Numbered from the stretch's first letter, positions 9,739 to 23,070 are shown. The stretch: DNA of 64,000 nt from Thermoanaerobaculia bacterium (GCA_963788175.1 CAWBFZ010000011.1:6231-70230); one strand, 5' to 3'. Made by a program: numbers and translations. Notes: generated by a model from the letters alone, not told the origin.

Positions 9739-10518
9739 TCAGCGATGTTTCCACACCGGCGGGCGCTTCTCGGTGAAGGCCAGGATCCCCTCGGCCATGT
9801 CGGCGGTCGCGGTGAGCTCGCGCAGGTAGAGGCGCTCGGCTTCGGCGAGCGCCGCCGTGTAAGGGCGGCTCTCGCCGGCGCGGACGGCGCGCTTGGTCAG
9901 GCGGGTGACGGCAGCGCTCTGGCGGAGGATCGCCAGGGCGAGCTCGGAGGCGCGCCCGTCCAGAGCCGCGCGGTCGGGCAGGCGTTGATGCACGAAGCCG
10001 AGGTGCTCGGCCTCGGCGCAATCGAAGGTCCGTCCGGTCAGCAGCAGCTCGAGCGTGCGGCCGCTGCCGATGCGCTGCGGGTAGAGCGCCGCGGCCACCG
10101 GCGGATAGCAGCCGAGGGCGATCTCCGGCTGCCCGAAGCGGCTGCGCTCGGTGGCGAGGACGAGATCGCAGGCCAGCGCGAGCTCCATGCCGCCGCCGAG
10201 ACAGTGGCCGTCGACCAGCGCCACGGTGAGCGCCTCGAGGTCGCGAAGCTTCGCGATCGCGCCATGGAAGGAGAGCAGCATGCGCTCGACCTTGTCCGGG
10301 GTGTGGTCCTGGACGGAGACGCCGGCCGAGAACGCCTTCTCGCCCGCGCCGCGGACGAACAGGACCTGCAGCTCGTGGTCGGTCCCGAGCTCGACGATCA
10401 TGTCGTCCAGCGCCGCCAGCAGGTCGAGATCGAGAATATTGAGCGGCGGGCGGCCGAAAGTGAGCGTCGCCGACCTTTCCTGCAGGGTGACGACGAGCGG
10501 GTCCGACGGCAGATTCAT
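9739..10518 (-). CDS. enoyl-CoA hydratase/isomerase family protein
   Basis: Last 259 codons of shadow ORF 9739..12588, from ATG at 10518 (MNLPSDPLVVTLQ...). Carries GAGEKAFSAGVSV, VDGHCLGGGMELALACDL, FGQPEIALG. Overlaps the upstream gene stop by 4 nt. Confidence 0.8.
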   Translation of the reverse strand: MNLPSDPLVVTLQERSATLTFGRPPLNILDLDLLAALDDMIVELGTDHELQVLFVRGAGEKAFSAGVSVQDHTPDKVERMLLSFHGAIAKLRDLEALTVALVDGHCLGGGMELALACDLVLATERSRFGQPEIALGCYPPVAAALYPQRIGSGRTLELLLTGRTFDCAEAEHLGFVHQRLPDRAALDGRASELALAILRQSAAVTRLTKRAVRAGESRPYTAALAEAERLYLRELTATADMAEGILAFTEKRPPVWKHR

Positions 10519-11278
10519 CGCAGGGCTCCTGCGGAGATCCGCGGCGTGCGGCGGTGCGCGAACGCCGCCGCTGCCGCGAGAAAGTCCTCGAACAGTCCGC
10601 GGTGGAACGGCTGCTCGACGAGGTTTTCGGGATGCCACTGGACCGAAGCGAGCCACCAGTCCGGATCCGCAGCGACGGTCGCTTCGATGGTGCCGTCGTC
10701 GGCGACGGCGGCCGCGACGAGTCCCCGGCCGGGGACCTTGACCGCCTGATGATGCCGGCTGTTGACCGCCGGGTGCCCGAAGCGCTCGACCCAGACGGCG
10801 AACGGGTGGGTGATCCCGGTCGCGACGACGTCGTGCGCCAGGTGGTCGAGCGCGAAGCCGCGGTCGATGAAGTTGTCGTGGCCGGACCGGCCGGTCTGCA
10901 GCGCGATGTCCTGGTAGAGGCTCCCGCCGAGGAAGACGTTGAGCATCTGATGCCCACGGCAGATGCCGAAGACCGGTGTGCGGTGGGCACGAGCTTCGCT
11001 CAGCAGATCCCACTCCAGCTGGTCGCGGTCGGGCACCGGCTTGTCGAGGTTCGCTTCGCGGATGCGCGCCTCGCCGTAGAGACAGGGCTGAAGGTCGGCG
11101 CCGCCGGTGAGCAGCAGTCCGTCGGCGCGCGCCAGGAGCGCGTGGAGATCGACCGTCGCGGTGCGCCTCGGCGTGGCGCGGAAGATGTCCGACTCCGGAA
11201 CGCCGACCGCAGCCAGCGCTTCGAGGTACGGCGCGACCTTGTCTTCCTTGATGTAGGCGACGACGATGATTGGGCACG
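10515..11278 (-). CDS. class I glutamine amidotransferase / peptidase C26 (gamma-glutamyl-GABA hydrolase PuuD-like); probable frame break at the extreme 5' end
   Basis: ORF 10515..11036 has GICRGHQMLNV (nucleophile Cys), VNSRHHQAV, VQWHPE. The same frame stays open and protein-like upstream (IIVVAYIKEDKVAPYLEALAA...LLLTGGADL) but has no start codon. GTG CCC AAT C.. at about 11278 would give MPIIVV if one A is removed. Confidence 0.7.
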
Positions 11279-11291
11279 CCGGGCTCCGGGG

Positions 11292-12524
11292 TCAGGGGGT
11301 GGGTCGTTCGAGGAGCATCGCGATGCCCATGCCGCCGGAGATGCACAGGGTCGCGACGCCGAGGCGCTGGCCGCGTTCCGCCATGCCCGCGAGCAGGGTC
11401 ACCACGATGCGGGCGCCGGTGGCCCCGATCGGGTGGCCGAGGGCGATCGCTCCGCCGTCGGGGTTGACCCGGGCGGGGTCGAACGGCAGCTGGGCGAGAC
11501 AGGCGAGCGCCTGCGAGGCGAACGCCTCGTTGAGCTCGACGGCTTCGATGGCGGAGAAGTCCAGCGCGTTCCTCGCCAGCAGGGCGCGCGTCGCCGGTAC
11601 CGGTCCGATCCCCATGATCCGGGGCTCGACGCCGACGACCTCCCAGTCGAGCAGGTAGCCTGCCGGTGTGAGCCCGCGGCGTTCGGCCGCCGCCGCGCTC
11701 GTCACCAGCAGGGCGGCGGCGCCGTCGGTGATGCCCGAGGCGTTGGCCGCCGTGACGGTGCCCCCCTTGCGGAAGACCGCCGGCATCTTCGCCAGCGACT
11801 CCAGGGTGACGCCGTCGCGCGGGTGCTCGTCGTCGGCGATGACCGTCTCGCCCTTGCGGCCGGGGATACGGACCGGCTCGATCTCGGCGGCGAAGCGTCC
11901 GCGGCCGCGGGCGGCCTCGCAGCGGCGCTGGGTCTCGACGGCGTAGCGGTCCGCGGCCTCGCGGGTCACGCCCGCCTCGACCGCCAGCTCCTCGGCGGTC
12001 TCGCCCATGATGAGGCCGGAGAGCGGGTCGTTGAAGCCGTCCTTGTACATGCCGTCGACGATCTCGTCGGTGCCGAGGCGATAGCCCCAGCGCGCCCGAG
12101 GGAGCAGGTAGGGCGTGTTCGACATGCTCTCGGTGCCGCCGGCGAGGATGACCTCGGCCTCGCCGAGCAGGATCGTGCGCGCGGCGGAGATCATCGCCTG
12201 CAGGCTCGAGCCGCAGGCCTGGTTGACCGTGAACGCCGGCCGTTCGACCGGGATTCCGGCGCGGAAGGCGATCTGGCGGGCGCTGTTCGGTCCGCCGTTG
12301 GCCTGGCGGCCGTGCCCGAAGATCACCTGATCGACCATGCCGGTGGCCTCGGCGGAGATGCCGGCGCGGCGCAGGCAGGCGAGCGCCGCATGGGTGCCGA
12401 GGTCGGCCGCGGAGAGTCCGGCGAGCCCGCCGCCGAACTTGCCGATCGGCGTGCGCACCGGCGCGATCAGCGCCAGCCGCTGTCTCGCCCGGCGCGCCCC
12501 GCCCGCGGGCCCGGTCGTCATCAC
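11292..12524 (-). CDS. acetyl-CoA C-acetyltransferase (thiolase II)
   Basis: Intact 410-aa ORF. Carries VNQACGSSLQA (active Cys), NEAFASQ, GGAIALGHPIGATGARI, CISGGMGIAM. Confidence 0.9.
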   Translation of the reverse strand: MMTTGPAGGARRARQRLALIAPVRTPIGKFGGGLAGLSAADLGTHAALACLRRAGISAEATGMVDQVIFGHGRQANGGPNSARQIAFRAGIPVERPAFTVNQACGSSLQAMISAARTILLGEAEVILAGGTESMSNTPYLLPRARWGYRLGTDEIVDGMYKDGFNDPLSGLIMGETAEELAVEAGVTREAADRYAVETQRRCEAARGRGRFAAEIEPVRIPGRKGETVIADDEHPRDGVTLESLAKMPAVFRKGGTVTAANASGITDGAAALLVTSAAAAERRGLTPAGYLLDWEVVGVEPRIMGIGPVPATRALLARNALDFSAIEAVELNEAFASQALACLAQLPFDPARVNPDGGAIALGHPIGATGARIVVTLLAGMAERGQRLGVATLCISGGMGIAMLLERPTP

Positions 12525-13342
12525 TTGGCGGTGAATTGCGGCGTGCGCTTCTCGATGTAGGCGGTGAGCCCTTCCTTGGCGTCGTCACTCTGGAAGAGCT
12601 GCTGCTGCAACTCGCGCTCGAGGGTCATGGCGGACTCGAACGGAATCTCGGCGCCCGACTGCACGGCGCGCTTGATGCGCCCGACCGCCTTGGCCGCCTT
12701 GTTCGGCGGGCAGAACTGCTTGGCATACTCGTGCACCTGGCCCATGAAGTCGTCGCCCTCGATGATCGAGTCGACGATGCCGTAGCCCAGGGCGTCCTCG
12801 AAGGAGAACAGCCGTCCCGTGACCATGAGCTCGATCGCCCGGCTCTTGCCGACGATGCGCACCAGACGCTGGGTGCCGCCGGTGCCCGGCAGGACGCCCA
12901 GCGTGACTTCCGGCAGGCCGACCTTGCCGCCGCCCTTCCTGGCGAGGCGCAGGTCCGCGGCCATGGCGATCTCCAGGCCGCCGCCGACCGTGTTGCCGTT
13001 GAGGGCCGCGATCACCAGCTTCGGCGTCTGCTCGAGGCGCGACAGGGTCTCGTTGGCGTGCAGGCAGAAGAAGTACTTGAAGTACGGATCGGACGCCTTG
13101 AGCATGTTGATGTTGGCGCCGGCGCAGAACATCTTCTCGCCCGCGCCGGTGAGCACGATCACGTGCACATCCTTGTCGAAGCGCGCCTTGAGGATGCCTT
13201 CGTCGAGCGCGCGCATCATCTCGTGGGTGTAGGTGTTGGCCGGCGGATCGTCGAGCTTCAGGTAGGCGACACCGTCGCGGACGTCGTAGTGCACCAGCGT
13301 ACGGGTGGCGGCGGAATCGGGCGTGGCGGTGTTCGGCGTCAT
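12521..13342 (-). CDS. enoyl-CoA hydratase/isomerase family protein
   Basis: ATG at 13342 (MTPNTATPDS...) inside ORF 12521..13522. Carries LTGAGEKMFCAGANI, LNGNTVGGGLEIAMAADLRLA, GLPEVTLGVLPGTGGTQRL. ATGA overlap with the thiolase start (12521-12524). Confidence 0.8.
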   Translation of the reverse strand: MTPNTATPDSAATRTLVHYDVRDGVAYLKLDDPPANTYTHEMMRALDEGILKARFDKDVHVIVLTGAGEKMFCAGANINMLKASDPYFKYFFCLHANETLSRLEQTPKLVIAALNGNTVGGGLEIAMAADLRLARKGGGKVGLPEVTLGVLPGTGGTQRLVRIVGKSRAIELMVTGRLFSFEDALGYGIVDSIIEGDDFMGQVHEYAKQFCPPNKAAKAVGRIKRAVQSGAEIPFESAMTLERELQQQLFQSDDAKEGLTAYIEKRTPQFTAK

Positions 13343-13471
13343 TCCTGGTCTCCTGAGGGCCTGAAAGTCTGAGTGGCTGAGGGACCTGTTTCGGCCGAGC
13401 GTCCGCCGGCCGCGGTAGAGTTCGTCGGAAGGCGATTCTCGCACGGCCCCGGGGGAGCGTCCACCGCCGCC

Positions 13472-13500
13472 TTGACCGCGAGGGACGGCCTTCCTACAAT
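13472..13500 (+). promoter_or_regulatory. sigma70-like promoter for the 13525 gene
   Basis: TTGACC (13472-13477), 17-nt spacer, TACAAT (13495-13500), 24 nt before ATG at 13525. This is rare AT-rich consensus in a high-GC background. Confidence 0.5.
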
Positions 13501-13524
13501 GCCGCGAGCGGCCGCAGTTCAACC

Positions 13525-14448
13525 ATGATCACCGGATACAACACTGACGTTCGTCACGTAGAGACGGTAGTCCATGTCCAGACCGAGGACAAGGGACGCA
13601 GCAATCCGTTCATCGAGAGCGTCGTTTACGTGGCTGGGCGGGTGGTCGCCACCAAGCGGTCGAGCTACGCGCAACTGCTCGCGGAGGGTAAGGGCGACCC
13701 CGAGATCGCGGCCCTGATGGACCATCAGCACCGCACGATCGTGGCAGCGATCCGGGCAGGCCGATTCGACGGCAAGTTGCAGGGTCTCAAGGGTCCCGCC
13801 AAAGCCGCTGACGCCGCGGGAGCCGGCGCAGCCGCCGAAGCAGCAGTTGCCGGCAATCACCGCGCGGCACGAGACCGGCGAAGGGCACTGCCCAGACGCA
13901 TCATGCAGACCGGGGCGATCCCGGTCGAAGCCCTGGACGCCTCGCTGGGCGGAACGTCGATCGAGCTCGGCCCGCTGCAGGGGCTCCCGCCGCTCTCCGC
14001 GGATCCAATGGCTCCAATGGCGTTGCCATCGCCGTTACCTGCGGCACCGGCGGACCTGGCGGAGATTCCGGAACTGCCCGAGCTCGACGATACCGACGAG
14101 GGCCCGACCCTCGACCAGGTCATCCTCGACTACCTGTCGACCGAAGCCGAGCACGAGCAGCTCATGCTCGCCATGGACGGGCAGGAGGAGATTCAGCCAG
14201 GGAGGGTCAACAACCTTACGCTGCGCGCCTATTCGTCGAAGAGCGGGCTGCCGCTCGCCGGCGTTCAGGTCTCGGTGAAGATGCTCTCGACGGTGGCCGA
14301 TCCGCGGACGCTGATGGTCGGCGAGACCGACGATGTCGGCGCGGTCGAGATGCGACTCGACGTTCCCGCCTTCGCGCGCGGTTCGGCGGCACTGATCATC
14401 TCCGGCTCCTCCGACCTCGGCCGCGCCGAGATCAAGCAACTTCTGTGA
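13525..14448 (+). CDS. conserved hypothetical protein (MITGYNTDVRH...HVQTEDKG N-domain, acidic linker, C-terminal beta-sandwich-like domain)
   Basis: Intact 307-aa ORF with normal coding composition. The N-terminal ~85 aa resemble a domain I recall from myxobacterial and acidobacterial hypotheticals. No functional motif recognised. Confidence 0.6.
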   Translation: MITGYNTDVRHVETVVHVQTEDKGRSNPFIESVVYVAGRVVATKRSSYAQLLAEGKGDPEIAALMDHQHRTIVAAIRAGRFDGKLQGLKGPAKAADAAGAGAAAEAAVAGNHRAARDRRRALPRRIMQTGAIPVEALDASLGGTSIELGPLQGLPPLSADPMAPMALPSPLPAAPADLAEIPELPELDDTDEGPTLDQVILDYLSTEAEHEQLMLAMDGQEEIQPGRVNNLTLRAYSSKSGLPLAGVQVSVKMLSTVADPRTLMVGETDDVGAVEMRLDVPAFARGSAALIISGSSDLGRAEIKQLL

Positions 14449-14499
14449 GCGCGCCGCCGATCGTCCCCACGGGCGCAGCGCGCCGGGCCGCAGTGCGAG

Positions 14500-14694
14500 A
14501 TCCGGCTCAACGGCACTCCGCACCGGATTCCGTCCGCAATGACCCTGCGGGAACTCGTCGAGTCGGTCGGATGTGACCCGCAGGCGGTCGCGGTCGAGGT
14601 CAACGGGGAGATCGTGCGCCGCGCCCGTCTGGCAACCACCGAGGTCGTCGCCGGCGACGCAGTCGAGATCGTCCGGTTCGTTCAGGGAGGCTGA
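14500..14694 (+). CDS. thiS: ThiS/MoaD-like sulfur-carrier protein; start codon unresolved
   Basis: IRLNGTPHRIPSAMTLRELVESVGCDPQAVAVEVNGEIVRRARLATTEVVAGDAVEIVRFVQGG-stop has a classic ThiS layout and C-terminal GG. The frame is open back to 14449 but has no ATG/GTG/TTG before the internal Met. The GTG at 14493 is out of frame by 1. Confidence 0.65.
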   Translation: MRLNGTPHRIPSAMTLRELVESVGCDPQAVAVEVNGEIVRRARLATTEVVAGDAVEIVRFVQGG

Positions 14695-14721
14695 GCGTCG
14701 CGGAGCCCGGGGAGGCGGGGC

Positions 14722-14751
14722 TTGCAAGGCAAGCGCTTCGTCCGCTATATT
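14722..14751 (+). promoter_or_regulatory. sigma70-like promoter for the tRNA pair
   Basis: TTGCAA (14722-14727), 18-nt spacer, TATATT (14746-14751), 13 nt upstream of tRNA-Lys. Confidence 0.55.
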
Positions 14752-14764
14752 TTTCGTTCAAGAG

Positions 14765-14839
14765 GGGCCGCTAGCTCAATGGTAGAGCAGCAGACTCTTA
14801 ATCTGCGGGTTGTAGGTTCAAGTCCTACGCGGCTCACCA
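14765..14839 (+). tRNA. tRNA-Lys (anticodon CTT), CCA encoded
   Basis: Manual cloverleaf. Acceptor GGGCCGC/GCGGCTC (one G-U), D arm GCTC-AATGGTA-GAGC, anticodon arm GCAGA-CTCTTAA-TCTGC, T arm GTAGG-TTCAAGT-CCTAC, discriminator A plus CCA. Confidence 0.9.
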
Positions 14840-14882
14840 TCGCCCACTCCTCTCGTTTCCCCCGTGCCCGGATCCCACTCTC

Positions 14883-14971
14883 GCGAAAGTGGCGGAACTG
14901 GTATACGCGCTAGACTTAGGATCTAGTCCCGAGCGATCGGGTTGGGGGTTCGAGTCCCCCCTTTCGCACCA
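14883..14971 (+). tRNA. tRNA-Leu (anticodon TAG), long variable arm, CCA encoded
   Basis: Acceptor GCGAAAG/CTTTCGC, anticodon arm CTAGA-CTTAGGA-TCTAG, variable arm CCCGAGCGATCGGG, T arm GGGGG-TTCGAGT-CCCCC, then A plus CCA. Confidence 0.9.
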
Positions 14972-15001
14972 CTTCAACCGCCCCAAGGACAGAGATAGCC
15001 G

Positions 15002-16398
15002 ATGAGCGTCGTGCTGAACGTGGAAGAGATCGGCCCGTGCCGCAAAGAGCTGAAGATCGAGATTCCCGGCGCCGGCCGTCGACGCCGAGACCGCGCGCGT
15101 CCTGGGAGAGTTCGGCCGCAAGGCGAGCCTGCCGGGCTTCCGCAAGGGCAAGGTCCCGCAGAGTCTGGTGCAGCGCCATTTCGGCGACGACATCCGCCGC
15201 GAAGTGGTGGAGCGGCTGGTACCGCGCTACTTCCGCCAGGCGGTGGCCGAAAAGGGGATCGATCCACTGCTCGCCCCCGAGGTCGAGATGGCGCAAGGTC
15301 GAGACCGGGACCGGCATGACCTTCATCGCCCGGGTCGAGGTGCGGCCCGAGATCGAGCTCCGCAACTATAAGGACTTCAGCCTGCCCGATCCGCCGGTCG
15401 AGGCGACCGCCGATGAGGTGAAGACCGCGATCGCCGACCTGCGGCTGCGGCACGCCGACTGGAAGCCGCGCCTCGCGTCCCGCGGCGACGGGCGATCGCG
15501 CCAAGATCGAGCTCAAGCCGGTGCTCGACCCGGGCGATCTGGAGGGCGCCGGTGGCGGGGAGATCGTCGCCGAAGCCCAGACGGTCGACATCGAGGTCGG
15601 TTCGCAGCAGATCTGGGAGGAGATTTCGCTGGCCGTCGCCGGCCTCAGCGTCGGACAGGGTTCGCGTTTCACGCGCAAGGAGCCGCGCGCACCCCGCGAA
15701 GAGCGCGAGGAGGGCGATCTGCGCCCGGATGCGCCGGCCGAGCCGCTCGCCGAGCGGACCTTCGAAGTCCGTCTGGTCGAGCTCACCGAGCCGATTCTGC
15801 CGGCGCTCGACGACGCCTTCGCCGCCCATCTCGGGAAGTTCACCACCGTCGCCGAGCTCGAAGCCGACATCGCGCGGCGGATCAGCCACGCCAAGCGCGA
15901 CGACGCCATGCGCCAGCGCGAGACCGCGATGCTCGATCAGTTGACCGAACGTCATCCGATTCCGCTTCCCGAAGGCGTCGTGCATCGCGAGGTGGACGAA
16001 CTGCTGCGCGACTACGCCGAGAATCTGGCCCGCCGGGGCATCGACCTCGAAGGCGCCGGGCTCGACTGGCAGCGCCTCGGCGAGCAGGCCAAGCCGCAGG
16101 CCGAACGCCGGGTGAAGGCGCGACTGCTGCTCGACGCGATCTCGGAGCAGGAGAAGATCGAGGTCGGCGAAGAAGAGTTCGAGCAGGCGCTGGCGTTGCT
16201 CGCGCGCGCCCAGGGGATTCCGACTCCCGGCGCTCCGCCAGCGTCTCGACGAGGCCGGTCAGCTGATCGGGCTGCGGGCTCAGATGCGCCGCGAGAAGAC
16301 CGTGCGCCGCCTGCTGGGCGCGCCGAGACGGCGTTGGCGCCGGTGCGGCGCACGACCATGCGCACGACCACGCTCACTCGCACGAGCACGAGAGCTAG
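15002..16398 (+). CDS. tig: trigger factor; frame-disrupted as assembled (about 5 breaks)
   Basis: [22 protein letters not shown]..., then [83 protein letters not shown] and [21 protein letters not shown] are spread over ORFs 15002.., 15168.., 15037.., 15521.., 16284... Synteny tig-clpP-clpX-lon. The only frame with a stop before clpP ends in [15 protein letters not shown]-stop (16396-16398). Confidence 0.8.
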
Positions 16399-16412
16399 AG
16401 AGGAATTCGAAC

Positions 16413-17015
16413 ATGCTGATTCCGATGGTGGTCGAGCAGACCAATCGCGGCGAGCGCGCCTACGACATCTATTCGCGGCTGCTCAAGGACAACATCATCT
16501 TCCTCGGCCGGCCGATCGACGACGAAGTCGCGAGCCTGATCATCGCCCAGATGCTCTTTCTCGAGGCCGAGAACCCGGAACGCGACATCCACATCTACAT
16601 CAACTCGCCCGGCGGGTCGGTGACAGCGGGCCTCGCGGTCTACGACACGATGCAGTACATCAAGCCCGACGTCGCGACTTTCTGCATCGGGCAGGCGGCT
16701 TCGATGGCGGCGGTGCTGCTCGCCGCCGGCAAGGCCGGAAAGCGCACCGTTCTCCCCAACAGCCGGGTGCTCATCCACCAGCCCTGGACGCAGGGCATGC
16801 AGGGCCAGGCGACCGACATCGAGATCCATGCCCGCGAGCTGCTGAAGCTGCGCGACAAGATCGACGAGATCCTCGCCTTCCACACCGGCAAGACCAAGTT
16901 GCAGATCCACGACGACACCGACCGCGACAAGATTCTCGGCGCGGAAGAGGCGGTCGCCTACGGCCTCGTCGACCAGATCATGCAGCGCCGCAAGCCGACC
17001 GCCGTCCCCGGCTGA
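16413..17015 (+). CDS. clpP: ATP-dependent Clp protease proteolytic subunit
   Basis: ATG at 16413 inside ORF 16284..17015. Carries [39 protein letters not shown] (Ser), RVLIHQP (His). Confidence 0.95.
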   Translation: MLIPMVVEQTNRGERAYDIYSRLLKDNIIFLGRPIDDEVASLIIAQMLFLEAENPERDIHIYINSPGGSVTAGLAVYDTMQYIKPDVATFCIGQAASMAAVLLAAGKAGKRTVLPNSRVLIHQPWTQGMQGQATDIEIHARELLKLRDKIDEILAFHTGKTKLQIHDDTDRDKILGAEEAVAYGLVDQIMQRRKPTAVPG

Positions 17016-17234
17016 GTCCAGCTTTCGGGGCGCCCGCTCGCGCGCGGTCTTGCAGCCCAGGCGGCCCGGCGGGCGAACCGGGTCGGCCCGGCGCCTCTGC
17101 TATGATTTTGCGGTGGTTTTCAGGATCGAAACCGGCTTGATCCGGGCGACGGAATAGCGGCGTAGATCAGTTGGTTGTAGCGGTCGGGATCGCCAGCCAA
17201 CGGCTGGCCGGCGACTCGCGATTTCGGAGGAAAG

Positions 17235-18475
17235 ATGCCCAAGAAAGAATCCGGCGACGACGCCCTCAGGTGTTCGTTCTGCAACAAGAGCCAGCGCGAG
17301 GTCAAGAAGCTGATCGCCGGTCCGACCGTCTTCATCTGCGACGAGTGCGTCGATATCTGTCTCGACATCATCGCCGAGGATCGTCTGCTCGAGCAGCAGC
17401 AGGAGACCAAGCTCCCGAAGCCGCACGAGATCAAGGCGCTGCTCGACGAGTACGTCATCGGCCAGGATCTCGCCAAGAAGAAGCTCGCGGTGGCGGTCTA
17501 CAACCACTACCGCCGCATCGAGTTCTCCGAGAAGGGTCCGCGCACCGGCGACGTCGAGCTGCAGAAGTCGAACATTCTCCTGATCGGACCGACCGGCACC
17601 GGCAAGACCCTGCTGGCGCAGACGCTGGCGCGGCTCCTTTCCGTGCCGTTCACGATCGCCGACGCCACGACGCTCACCGAGGCGGGCTACGTCGGTGAGG
17701 ACGTCGAGAACATCATTCTCAAGCTCTACCAGGCATCGGGTAACGACAAGGAGAAGACCCAGCGCGGCATCGTCTACATCGACGAGGTCGACAAGATCGC
17801 GCGCAAGGGCGAGAACCCGTCGATCACCCGTGACGTGTCGGGCGAAGGTGTGCAGCAGGCGCTGCTCAAGATTCTCGAGGGGACGGTCTGCAACGTGCCG
17901 CCGCAGGGCGGCCGCAAGCACCCGCACCAGGAGTTCCTGCAGATCGACACCACCAACATCCTGTTCATCTGCGGCGGCGCGTTCGTCGGCCTCGAAGAGC
18001 ACATCGAGAAGCGACTGAACCAGAAGACCATGGGCTTCGGCGCCGACATCAAGTCGAAGAAGGAGCAGTCGAAGCAGAATCCGCTCGAGAAGACGCTGCC
18101 CGAGGACATCATCAAGTTCGGCATGATTCCCGAGTTCGTCGGCCGGCTCGCGGTGATGGCCTCGCTCGAGCAGCTCGACGAGGAGTCGCTGGTCCGCATC
18201 CTCAAGGAGCCGAAGAACAGCCTGGTGCGCCAGTACCAGACGATGTTCGAGTTCGAGGACGTCGAGCTTCGGTTCTCGGACGAGGCGCTGCGCGCGGTGG
18301 CCAAGGAGGCGCTCAAGCGCAACGTCGGCGCGCGCGGCCTGCGGATCATCCTCGAAGAGCTGATGCTCGACCTCATGTACACGATTCCTTCGCAGCGTGA
18401 GATCCAGGAGTGCGTCATCACCGAGGACACCGTGGTGCGGCGCTCGCAGCCGGTGACCACGCTGCGGAAGGCCGG

Positions 18476-18479
<4 letters not shown>
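17235..18479 (+). CDS. clpX: ATP-dependent Clp protease ATP-binding subunit ClpX
   Basis: Intact 414-aa ORF. Zn-finger [26 protein letters not shown], Walker [26 protein letters not shown] upstream. Confidence 0.95.
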
Positions 18480-20841
<2,362 letters not shown>

Positions 20842-21071
20842 GGGAGAATTCCCTGGACGGCCGACGGAGCCCCCTCTGGGTTCCGGATCCTTGGCGCACT
20901 AGATCCTCTCGCCGAATCCGCTGCAAGCTCTGCTTTCTCTGACGGGTCTTTTCATACTCTGCGGTCGGGCGTATCCGTGAACTGCCGGAACGGATCCTGC
21001 AAGGTCTTGCGAAAGAGTACCGGTGAGCGAGTGCTGGCGAGTCGCGGATCCCGATCGGCAACAAATTCCTG

Positions 21072-21675
21072 ATGCTCTCCGGAGTCGGCACTGAAGATCG
21101 AATCGTCGGAGTTCATCAAGTCGGCAGCGGGTAGTGAAGGATTCATTCTCGACGAGCTCCCGGAAGTCGCCTTCGCCGGGCGTTCGAATGTCGGCAAGTC
21201 GAGCCTGCTGAACAAGCTTCTGGGCCGGAAGTTGGCGCGCACGAGCTCTACTCCCGGGCGGACCCAGACGATCAACTACTTCCGGGTCAATGGTTCCTTC
21301 TATTTCGTCGATCTTCCGGGCTTCGGTTACGCGCGAGCGTCCAAGGAGTCCCGAAGTCAGTGGGCCGAAGTCATCAACGACTACCTGCGGACCCCGCATC
21401 CGCAGCGCGTCGTGGTTCACCTGGTGGACGCGAGGGTTGGCGCAACAGCTCTCGACGAGCAGGCTGGTGAGTACTTTGCAGGCCTGGGGTTGAAGACCCT
21501 GGCCGTCGCGACCAAGGTCGACGACGTGAAACGAGGAGAGCGTGTCCGGCGTATGAAGCAGATCGCCGGCGCGTTGCAGATCGGAGAACCGACGGCGGTC
21601 CTGGCCGTCTCCACCCAAACAGGGGAGGGTGTCCGTGAACTCTGGAAATCCATCGCAGAATTTCTCGCGGGGTAA
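21072..21675 (+). CDS. engB: ribosome-biogenesis GTPase EngB/YsxC/YihA; frame break near codon 7
   Basis: ORF 21232..21675 plus its open upstream frame gives [63 protein letters not shown]...DLPGFGYA...TKVD. The only start is ATG at 21072, one frame off (MLSGVGT...), so there is an indel near 21090. Confidence 0.8.
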
Positions 21676-21706
21676 ACCGCGGCGCAGCAGACGAGGAAGA
21701 AAGAAC

Positions 21707-23044
<1,338 letters not shown>

Positions 23045-23070
23045 CGTTAGCGACGCGGGTCGCATAACGC

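Noticed and set aside
9739-12588. 949-aa minus-strand ORF (also 9686..10990, 10554..12560, 37402..40827, 39654..41978, 32071..34611, 43624..45846 as single proteins)
   Set aside because: Only segments are real. For example, only the last 259 codons of 9739..12588 form the crotonase. The rest overlap the thiolase and amidotransferase genes out of frame, or are chimeras created by frame breaks joining pieces of adjacent genes.
17155-17220. tRNA-like stretch (GCGGCGTAGATCAGTTGGTTGTAGC...) in the clpP-clpX spacer
   Set aside because: The D-loop-like TCAGTTGG is present, but no D-stem pairing, no 7-nt anticodon loop (only a CCAGCC-AAC-GGCTGG hairpin), no T-arm GTTCRANYC and no acceptor pairing could be drawn. 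At best it is a degenerate fragment.
20842-21071. 230-nt lon-engB spacer with several GGATCC-containing motifs as a possible ncRNA (e.g. 6S-like)
   Set aside because: I could not draw a convincing closing helix between the 5' and 3' ends or any conserved secondary structure. It most likely just carries the engB promoter region.
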